From: Pseudomonadota bacterium
GTDB lineage: Archaea > Thermoplasmatota > SW-10-69-26 > JACQPN01 > JAJPHT01
Direction of reading: 5' to 3'
Length of the DNA stretch: 64,000 nt
Assembly (NCBI GenBank): GCA_021325135.1
Contig: JAJPHT010000015.1
Span: forward strand, 1 to 64,000
The notes beneath the pieces are model-generated. The model had not been told where the DNA came from, did no database searches, and saw nothing but the letters and a program-made list of their open reading frames with translations. Positions 1-6,946 of the stretch are shown in pieces. Within the stretch, counting starts at the first letter, position 1; every line of letters starts with the position of its first letter. Made by a program: the position numbers and the translations under genes.

Positions 1-1009
1 GTTCCACAACGTCAAGGTCAGCGCGTTCAAGAACAACACGGACCCCGACGGCGTCTCCTACGGCAGCCACGAGAACTACTGCGTGCCGCGCGCCATGGAG
101 TTCCCCGGCGCCTACGTGCGCTCGCTGGTCCCGCACCTCGTCACGCGCATCGCGTTCTGCGGCGCGGGCGACTTCATCGACCGCCGCTACGTGCTCAGCC
201 CCTGCGCGTACCTCACGAGCGAACTGATCTCGGGGGGCAACCTCAGCAACACGGGCATCCTGCACACGCGCGACGAGCCGCACGCGGACCCCACCAAGTG
301 GCGCCGCCTGCACGTCATCATCGGCGACGCGCTCATGAGCGAGTGGTCCATCTACCTGCGCGCGTTCACCACCTGCGGCGTGCTGGAGCTGATGGAGGGC
401 GGCCACCTCAACGACGCGCCCCAGCTCAAGGAGCCCCTGCGCGACATGTGGCACATGGTCGAGCAGCTTGCGCCCGAGCAGTGGCGCCTCGAGCTGACCA
501 ACGGCAAGTGGACGACGCCCATGGCGGTGCAGCGCTACTACCTCGCCAAGTTCGAGGAGCACGGCCTCGTCACGAACCAGGAGGAGAAGGAGGCCCTCTC
601 CACGTGGGAGTGGATCCTCGACAAGCTGGAGGCGGGCGACATCCAGCAATTGAAGCGCAAGGTGGAGTGGGTCATGCGGCTCATCGAGGTCGAGAAGATG
701 ATCGACCTCAAGGGGCGCGACGAGAACGTCGAGATCGCCGCCGCGAAGCAGTATTCCGAGCTTTCCGGCGCGTCGGGCCTCTATTACAAGGTCCTCAACG
801 CTGGCGCGGTCGACCGCCTCACCACCGACGACGAGATCAAGAAGGCCATGACGACGCCGCCCCACACGCGCGCCGAGGCCCGCGTGAAGCTCCTCGACGA
901 GTTCGAGATGGGCAGCATCGACTGGAGCGAGATGTCCATCCTCACCGAGGACGGCGGCTACGAGCGCGTCCACCTGCCCGACCCCTACTCGACCCAAACC
1001 CCCCTTTGA
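1..1009 (+). CDS. Pup ligase/depupylase (PafA/Dop) family protein, 5'-truncated by the window edge
   Basis: Frame open from nt 2: FKNNTDPDGVSYGSHENY...LVTRIAFCGAG...HTRDEPHADPTKWRRLHVIIGDALMSE...PPHTRA...IDW...LPDPY. These match the PafA/Dop motifs FKNNTDxxGxSYGxHENY, TRDEPHAD..YRRLHVIxGD, PP.TRA, VDW and DPF. PafA versus Dop cannot be decided without the N-terminus. Confidence 0.92.
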   Translation, partial: FHNVKVSAFKNNTDPDGVSYGSHENYCVPRAMEFPGAYVRSLVPHLVTRIAFCGAGDFIDRRYVLSPCAYLTSELISGGNLSNTGILHTRDEPHADPTKWRRLHVIIGDALMSEWSIYLRAFTTCGVLELMEGGHLNDAPQLKEPLRDMWHMVEQLAPEQWRLELTNGKWTTPMAVQRYYLAKFEEHGLVTNQEEKEALSTWEWILDKLEAGDIQQLKRKVEWVMRLIEVEKMIDLKGRDENVEIAAAKQYSELSGASGLYYKVLNAGAVDRLTTDDEIKKAMTTPPHTRAEARVKLLDEFEMGSIDWSEMSILTEDGGYERVHLPDPYSTQTPL

Positions 1010-1026
1010 TGGGCCCTCCTTGGCCC

Positions 1027-1128
1027 AGGGTCCAAAGAACGCGACGAGCGCAAAGAGCGCCAAGGTCGCCACGTCCTCTTCCGTCGCGTCCTTTGCGCTC
1101 TTCGCGCTCGTCGCGTTCTTTGGACCCT
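1027..1128. repeat. Long imperfect inverted repeat built from 9-nt periodic units
   Basis: agggtccaaagaacgcgacgagcgc pairs perfectly with gcgctcgtcgcgttctttggaccct (25 bp); the stem extends to ~47 bp with four isolated mismatches. Units: aaagaacgc/gacgagcgc/aaagagcgc/caaggtcgc. Confidence 0.9.
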
Positions 1129-1201
1129 TGACGCAGGGAGAGAAACCGATTTGGCTGCCCCCACCAAAGCCTCTTCAACCGGAGCGCCGTCCGGAGGCGT
1201 G

Positions 1202-1528
1202 ATGCCCGACGACGAGGAGGTCGACCTCCACGAAGGAATGCCGGTGACGAACGAAGCCGGCGAGAAGCTCGGCACCCTCGCGGCGCTGCTCGTCGCCGAG
1301 GACGAGGAGGAGGCCGAGTTCCTGCTCCTCAAGGCCGGCAACGAGGACCGCCTCGTGCCCTTCGAGGCCGTGCTGGGCGTCGGGGACGGCGACCTCATCC
1401 TGGACGTGCCCGCGGAGGCGCTGGCGCAGTTCCCGCAGATCCTCCCCAACCGCGACCCCACCGAGGCGGAGATGGACCGCGCCTACGAGGTGTTCGACGA
1501 GAACGCCGAGTACGAGCCCGACGAGTAG
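1202..1528 (+). CDS. Small acidic PRC-barrel-like protein
   Basis: GGAGG upstream of GTG/ATG; LHEGMPVTNEAGEKLGTL...RLVPFEAV resembles the PRC-barrel pattern; very acidic. Confidence 0.65.
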   Translation: MPDDEEVDLHEGMPVTNEAGEKLGTLAALLVAEDEEEAEFLLLKAGNEDRLVPFEAVLGVGDGDLILDVPAEALAQFPQILPNRDPTEAEMDRAYEVFDENAEYEPDE

Positions 1529-1531
1529 GGC

Positions 1532-1738
1532 TCAGCCGCTCTTGGCGGTCTTCTTCTCCTTCTCGTACTCCTTGCGCTCCTTCACGATGGCGCCAGGGCG
1601 CATCTGCTTGAGCTTGTTCACGCAGACGTCGCAGATGGCCAGCGGGTGCGGGTCGTTGGGCTCGTCCAGGAAGACGAACTGCGCCACGCGCTTGTTGCGG
1701 TGCGTGGTCGGCTCGAACTCGCAGTACTTGATGACCAT
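1532..1738 (-). CDS. Small putative zinc-binding protein
   Basis: 68 aa with C..H and CDVC motifs, basic tail, host-like codon usage. Confidence 0.6.
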   Translation of the reverse strand: MVIKYCEFEPTTHRNKRVAQFVFLDEPNDPHPLAICDVCVNKLKQMRPGAIVKERKEYEKEKKTAKSG

Positions 1739-1816
1739 CGCCTGCGGGAGAAGGGTCTCTCAGCTTGAGCGTTTGGGGGCCCCTCCGCCGGTTTTGCCTT
1801 CCTGGTCCGGCCTGCA

Positions 1817-1894
1817 CGATGCAACCCGAACCAACGAACCACCGAACCCGCGTAAGACCCGTGGTCCGGTGGTTCGTTGGTTCGGGTTGCATCG
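1817..1894. repeat. Perfect 28-bp inverted repeat with 8-nt periodic arms
   Basis: cgatgcaacccgaaccaacgaaccaccg (1817-1844) and its reverse complement (1867-1894), 22-nt loop; outer ctggtcc/ggaccag can also pair. Confidence 0.92.
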
Positions 1895-2005
1895 AGGAGC
1901 GGGACCAGAGAGACAAACCTCCTGCGTGCAGCCTCCAGTGGAAGAGCACCCCGATATCGCACGACAAATCCATAGCCCCCCACCTGGCTGCCCGGCGCGA
2001 TCCCC

Positions 2006-2728
2006 ATGGTGGACATGGAGCCTGCAAGCTGGAAGAAGGGCATCGCCGAGCTCATCGGCACCTTCGCGCTCATCTACATCGGCGTCGTCGTGATCCTGGC
2101 GCCCGCCGCGCCCGGCACGAAGCACCTCGTCGAGATCGCGCTCGCGCATGGCCTCATCCTGGCCTGCCTCGTGAGCGCCACCATGAGCATCTCCGGCGGG
2201 CAGCTCAACCCCGCCGTGACCATCGGCCTGCTCACGGGCCGCAAGATCAGCGTCTCCCAGGCGGGCATCAACATCGTCTGCCAGGTGATCGGCGGCGCGC
2301 TGGGCGGCCTCCTCGCCAAGGCGAGCCTGGGCAACATGGACATCTCCGGCGGCATCCCGGCCCTGGCGCCCGGCGTGAGCACTGGCACGGGCATCCTGGT
2401 GGAGGCCATCGCGACGTTCCTCCTGGTGAGCGTCGTCTACGGCACGGGCGTCGACCCGCGCTTCGGCGGCCGCATCGGCGGCCTCGCCATCGGCCTCACC
2501 GTGGCGGCGGACATCATGGCGGTGGGCCCCATCACCGGCGCCGCCATGAACACGGCCCGCTGGCTGGGCCCCGCCATCGCGCAGGGCCACTTCAACGACG
2601 CCGCGGTCTACCTCATCGGCCCCATCCTGGGCGCGATCGTCGCGGGCGCCATCTGGGCCTACGTCCTCCTGGAGGACCGCCCGCACCCGGAGCCCCAGGC
2701 GCAGATGCGCCCCAAGGGGAACCTGTGA
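2006..2728 (+). CDS. MIP family aquaporin
   Basis: AELIGTF, ISGGQLNPAVT, second box GAAMNTARWLGP, YLIGPILGA; six TM helices. Confidence 0.93.
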   Translation: MVDMEPASWKKGIAELIGTFALIYIGVVVILAPAAPGTKHLVEIALAHGLILACLVSATMSISGGQLNPAVTIGLLTGRKISVSQAGINIVCQVIGGALGGLLAKASLGNMDISGGIPALAPGVSTGTGILVEAIATFLLVSVVYGTGVDPRFGGRIGGLAIGLTVAADIMAVGPITGAAMNTARWLGPAIAQGHFNDAAVYLIGPILGAIVAGAIWAYVLLEDRPHPEPQAQMRPKGNL

Positions 2729-2729
2729 G

Positions 2730-3275
2730 CTAGCGCTCCCCACGCAGGCTGCGAAGCTGCGAGACGATCCCCAGCGCCGCGACCACCAGCGTCCCACCCA
2801 GGAGGAATATCTCCTCGTTGGGCGTGGGCGCGAAGAGCGAGAGCAGGCTGCCCACCGCGAGCCAGCCGCCCTCCACCGCCGTCGCGACGACGAGGATGAC
2901 GCGGTTCGCGACGAGGCCGATGATGCCGCCCACCACCGCGGCGACGACCACGGCCCACGCGGGCCAGCCCATCGCGACGGCGAGCAGCACCGCCAGGGAG
3001 CCCGCCAGGAGCGCGCCCACGAAGCGGAACGCCACGACGAAGAGGATGGCGAAGAGGACGCCGCCCACGAGGGCCGCCACGAGGCCGATGAGCGGGTTGA
3101 GCGTGAGGAGCGTGCCGCCCAGGAGGCCCAGCGCGAAGCCCGCCACGAACCCGGCGAGCCCCGCGAGGCCCCGCGCCAGGCGATAGCCCGCGAAGGCGAT
3201 GACGAGCCCCACGAGGAGGCCCAGGATCGCGGAGAGGACGCCGCCGGCTCCCCCGACGTGGACGAGGGCCGCCAC
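2730..3275 (-). CDS. Multi-pass membrane protein (DUF4203/TMEM198-like)
   Basis: Almost entirely hydrophobic; AFAGYRL..GFVAG and ATAVEGG...G..SQ pattern. Confidence 0.7.
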   Translation of the reverse strand: MAALVHVGGAGGVLSAILGLLVGLVIAFAGYRLARGLAGLAGFVAGFALGLLGGTLLTLNPLIGLVAALVGGVLFAILFVVAFRFVGALLAGSLAVLLAVAMGWPAWAVVVAAVVGGIIGLVANRVILVVATAVEGGWLAVGSLLSLFAPTPNEEIFLLGGTLVVAALGIVSQLRSLRGER

Positions 3276-3278
3276 GGC

Positions 3279-4034
3279 TCATCCGCTCCGCTTGACCATG
3301 GTGACGGAGGCCTGCGCGGTGGGCATGACGACCACGTCCTGCACGTTGACGTGCGCGGGCTGCTCGACGCACCACGCGATGGTCTCCGCGACGTCGGCCG
3401 CCGTGAGGGGCTGGTAGCCCTGGTAGACCTTGGCCGCGCGCTCCTTGTCGCCGCGGAAGCGGACCTCGCTGAACTCCGTCTCCACGAGGCCCGGGTCCAC
3501 GCTGGTCACGCGCACGCCCGAGCCGTGGACGTCCATGCGGAGCCCCTCGGTGATGGCGCGGACGGCGTGCTTGCTCGCGCAGTAGACCGCGCCGCCGGGG
3601 TAGACCCAGTGGCCCGCCGTGCTGCCCAGCATGACGACGTGCCCCGAGCCGCGCCTGAGCATGGCAGGGAGGCAGAGGCGCGTGATCCGGAGGAGCGCCT
3701 TCACGTTCACGTCGATGACCTCGTCCCACTCGTCGGGGTTCCCCTCCTGGAGGGGCTCCGTGCCGCGGGCGAGGCCGGCGCTGTTGACCAGCACGTCGGG
3801 GGCGAAGAGGTCGGGCTCGGCCTTGGCCAGGCGCGCGAGCCCCGCCGCGTCGCGCACGTCCAGGGCGACGATCCGGGAGCGCGTCCCGTGGGCCTTGGCG
3901 AGGCTTTCCGCCAGCGCCTGGAGGCGGTCCTCGCGGCGGGCCAGGAGGGTGAGGTGGAGGCCGCGCGCGGCCAGGGCCCGGGCGGTGGCCTCGCCGATCC
4001 CGCTGGACGCGCCCGTGATGAACGCCGTTCTCAT
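3279..4034 (-). CDS. SDR family NAD(P)-dependent oxidoreductase (YdfG-like)
   Basis: TGASSGIG, VNSAGLARG, YCASK, PGLVETEFS. Confidence 0.93.
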   Translation of the reverse strand: MRTAFITGASSGIGEATARALAARGLHLTLLARREDRLQALAESLAKAHGTRSRIVALDVRDAAGLARLAKAEPDLFAPDVLVNSAGLARGTEPLQEGNPDEWDEVIDVNVKALLRITRLCLPAMLRRGSGHVVMLGSTAGHWVYPGGAVYCASKHAVRAITEGLRMDVHGSGVRVTSVDPGLVETEFSEVRFRGDKERAAKVYQGYQPLTAADVAETIAWCVEQPAHVNVQDVVVMPTAQASVTMVKRSG

Positions 4035-4127
4035 CGGGCCGGGAGGCGCGCGCCCATGATTATCCCTTGCCGCACGCGCCGAAAGCCGGGGAATCCTTCA
4101 TGACGGGGGCGCGGCATCCGGCTCGCG

Positions 4128-4280
4128 ATGAAGCCGAAGGGCGGGAAGCTTCCTTCCATCTCCGTTGAGGGCCGCAGCGAAGCCAAGGTGGAGGTCCGCG
4201 ACGGGAAGATCGTCAAGGTCTGCGGGGCGTGCAGCACCATCCTGGACCGCGCAACGGGCCGCTGCCCCAACGGACACTGA
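4128..4280 (+). CDS. 50-aa zinc-finger microprotein (below the ORF-track cut-off)
   Basis: MKPKGGKLPSISVEGRSEAKVEVRDGKIVKVCGACSTILDRATGRCPNGH*, with CxxC-x10-CxxxH; followed by a T-run. Confidence 0.65.
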   Translation: MKPKGGKLPSISVEGRSEAKVEVRDGKIVKVCGACSTILDRATGRCPNGH

Positions 4281-4287
4281 ACTCTTT

Positions 4288-4407
4288 TTAGGCGGTGGAG
4301 CCGGCGGGCTGCGGCGAGGCCGCCCTCATCATCTGGACCATGGCGTGGTCGCGGGCATGGCGTTCGCACCAGTCGTTGGGCTCTCCGGCGGGGTAGAAGC
4401 AGGGCAT
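4288..4407 (-). CDS. Possible 39-aa small ORF
   Basis: MPCFYPAGEPNDWCERHARDHAMVQMMRAASPQPAGSTA*; convergent with the zinc-finger microprotein; no family recognised. Confidence 0.3.
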   Translation of the reverse strand: MPCFYPAGEPNDWCERHARDHAMVQMMRAASPQPAGSTA

Positions 4408-4511
4408 CGACCCCCGAGGCGCCTCGGAAGGGTTTGAGCCCTCCGTTCATGGACTCCCGGCCGAAAGGACTCCGGGGGAGCCCTCCCGAAAGTCCCGAGA
4501 CGCCAGCCCTT

Positions 4512-4937
4512 ATGCGGCGCCTCCGGGTTCGCGCCCAGGTGGACCCGCCCCCCGAGATCGTGGCCTTCGCGCGCCGCCACGGCGCGGGCTCCCTGGCCTT
4601 CCTCCCCACGCGGGAGGGGCCCCTGATCCCGTTCCTCATGCGGCTCCACGATGGTCTCCCCGAGGGGGGCGTCGCGGTGGTGGCCGACGTGGTCTGGCAG
4701 ACCGCGCCCACGCCGGACCTCATCCGGGCCTTCGCCCCCGCGCCCGGCCGCGAGAAGGTGCGCCCCATCGAGGGGTGGGAGATGCAGGCCGAGCATGCGG
4801 GGCTCGCCATCGTGGAGCGCCTCGACGTGCCCTCCTCCTCGTGGGCGCCCCTGGCGACGCCCGAGCAGCGCGCGGCCCTGGCGGGCGACGCCCGCGGCGC
4901 GGCGAAGCTCGCGGCGTGGGCGCTGCGCAGGGCGTGA
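4512..4937 (+). CDS. Hypothetical protein
   Basis: ATG at 4512, GC3-rich codons, no recognised motif. Confidence 0.55.
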   Translation: MRRLRVRAQVDPPPEIVAFARRHGAGSLAFLPTREGPLIPFLMRLHDGLPEGGVAVVADVVWQTAPTPDLIRAFAPAPGREKVRPIEGWEMQAEHAGLAIVERLDVPSSSWAPLATPEQRAALAGDARGAAKLAAWALRRA

Positions 4938-5069
4938 GGATTCCCGGCTCGCCTTGGTCCGCCTCTCCGGTGGACTCCATCTCGTCCTGCTGAGGGCTGC
5001 TCTTCCGTCACCCTTCAACGCGACGACGCCACGACGCGACGATTTTCTCAAGCGAGGCTGGCGCCCGTC

Positions 5070-5621
5070 TCAGGGGAAAAGACGCGCCACGACCAGGTCT
5101 GCGATCTCCTCGGGCGTCTTGTCCTGGGAGCCGATGACGAGGTCGTAGTGGCGTGGGTCGTTGGGGTCGAAGCCGTAGAACTCGCGGTAGCGCTTGGCCT
5201 CCGAGGCCTCGCGGTGGCGGTTCTGGTGCAGCACGGACTCCACGTCGCGGATGCCCTCGCGGTTCGCGACGCGCTTGGCGCGCACGTCCTCGGGCGCCTC
5301 CAGAAGGACCTTGAGACCGCCCGCGTTGGCCTGCGCGACGTGCCACGCGGCCATGCGCCCTTCCAGGATGCAGCCGCGGCGGCGCGCCACGTCGATCATG
5401 CGGCGGTCCAGCTCGGTGTCGACCTCGGGGTGCTCCTCGGCGTACTTGCCGAACTGCACGAGGTCCATGGCGTGCTCCTTCGCCATCTCGCGGAAGAACT
5501 GCCCCGCGTAGACGTGGGGGATGGAGAGGCGCGCGGAGAGCAGGCGGCAGAGCGTGGTGGTGCCCGTGCCGGGGAGGCCGGCGACGGCGACCAGGGGGGG
5601 CCGCGCGAGCGTGGCGCTCAC
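5070..5621 (-). CDS. cmk: Archaeal cytidylate kinase
   Basis: GLPGTGTTT P-loop, AGQFFREMA, LEGRMAAW; GTG start overlaps the upstream stop, GGAGGAG RBS; canonical adk-DUF106-cmk order. Confidence 0.92.
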   Translation of the reverse strand: MSATLARPPLVAVAGLPGTGTTTLCRLLSARLSIPHVYAGQFFREMAKEHAMDLVQFGKYAEEHPEVDTELDRRMIDVARRRGCILEGRMAAWHVAQANAGGLKVLLEAPEDVRAKRVANREGIRDVESVLHQNRHREASEAKRYREFYGFDPNDPRHYDLVIGSQDKTPEEIADLVVARLFP

Positions 5622-6370
5622 GGCTCCTCCTTGAACACCATGGGCCCGCTGGCGATGGTCCGGCTGCGGTACTCCCAGAGCTTCAGCGCGCGCTGGGCGA
5701 TCTGGCCCAGGGGGATGCCGAAGAGCGAGTAGAGCACGATCCAGCGGGGCAGGAAGCCCAGGAGGTAGAAGTGGTGCTCGGGCGGGTCGGTGTTGAGCGT
5801 GAGGTCCCAGGCGCGGTCCCACGGGACGTGGATCACGTGGTGCCCGGTGGCGACGAAGAGGCCCGCGCCGGCCGTGGCGGTGGCGGCGGCGAAGAGGCCC
5901 GCGAGCCACGCGAAGATGGGGATGACGAGGAGCATCGTGAACGCCATGGGCTTCATCTGCTCCGTGCTCATCTCCGCCTGCATCTCCATGATCTGGGGCT
6001 GCGCGTCGGTGAGCTTCTTCAGCTTGTAGGTGTTGTTCTCCTTCCGCGCGGCGGCGAACTCCTTCTGGAAGCTGCGCATCGCCTCCTGCACGCGCGCCAT
6101 GTTCACCCAGTCGATGAGGAAGTGGCGGATCGCGGTGGTGGAGACCACGAGGAGGACCGACGCGAGGAGGATGGTGAGGAGCGGGTACGCGCCGCCGAAG
6201 CCCAGGGCGGGCTGGAGGACGTAGCCGGCGTACTGGCCCAGGACGACGCGCAGGCCCGGGTTGAACAGGATGAGGATGACGAGGCCGAAGGAGACGAAGA
6301 GCAGCACGGTGGTGACGGGGCTGCGCGTCTTGCGGCCGCGGACGACGACCTGGTCGGCCACGAGGCTCAC
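5618..6370 (-). CDS. EMC3/TMCO1 family (DUF106, Oxa1 superfamily) membrane protein
   Basis: TM, coiled coil, QMKPMAFTM, C-terminal WIVLYSLF; position between adk and cmk. Confidence 0.88.
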   Translation of the reverse strand: MSLVADQVVVRGRKTRSPVTTVLLFVSFGLVILILFNPGLRVVLGQYAGYVLQPALGFGGAYPLLTILLASVLLVVSTTAIRHFLIDWVNMARVQEAMRSFQKEFAAARKENNTYKLKKLTDAQPQIMEMQAEMSTEQMKPMAFTMLLVIPIFAWLAGLFAAATATAGAGLFVATGHHVIHVPWDRAWDLTLNTDPPEHHFYLLGFLPRWIVLYSLFGIPLGQIAQRALKLWEYRSRTIASGPMVFKEEP

Positions 6371-6915
6371 CCGATGACCTTGACGACCTGGTCGCGCGTC
6401 TCCTCGACCTTGCCGTCGGCGTTGCGCACGATGGCGACCGTGGCGCCGGTGAGCGTCGCCAGCGTCATGGCCGCGGCGCGGTTCACCGCCTGGTGGGTCG
6501 CGATGTCGTCCTCGCTGTCCGCGTCGCGCGCCCGCGACGGGTCATTGCTGCGGCGGCCCAGGATCTCCTTGGGCGAGGCCTCCACGAGGATGATCTGCTT
6601 GGGCTTGAGCGCCTCCGCGACCCACTTGGGGATGCCGGGGAGGTAGCCCTTGGGCGTCTTGATGGTGCAGTGCGTGTCGACGATGACGCCGCCCATCTGG
6701 GCGATGGCGTGCGCGGCCTGCTCCTGGATCTCCCGCTGGATGGCGGGGTCGAGCTTGCGCATCTCGTCGCGGTCCTTCACGAGGCCGCGGCGCTGGGCGA
6801 CGTGGAACATCTCCGTGCCGTAGACCACGACCTTGTAGCCCTTGGCCTTCTGGGCGGCGTCGATGACCGTGCTCTTGCCGACGCCCGGAACGCCGGTGAT
6901 GATGACGACGCTCAT
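6367..6915 (-). CDS. adkA: Archaeal adenylate kinase
   Basis: ITGVPGVGKST, RDEMRKL, DTHCTIKTPKGYLPG. Confidence 0.96.
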   Translation of the reverse strand: MSVVIITGVPGVGKSTVIDAAQKAKGYKVVVYGTEMFHVAQRRGLVKDRDEMRKLDPAIQREIQEQAAHAIAQMGGVIVDTHCTIKTPKGYLPGIPKWVAEALKPKQIILVEASPKEILGRRSNDPSRARDADSEDDIATHQAVNRAAAMTLATLTGATVAIVRNADGKVEETRDQVVKVIG

Positions 6916-6946
6916 GCGGTCCTCGGGCCGCCGCTAAGGGGTGCCC

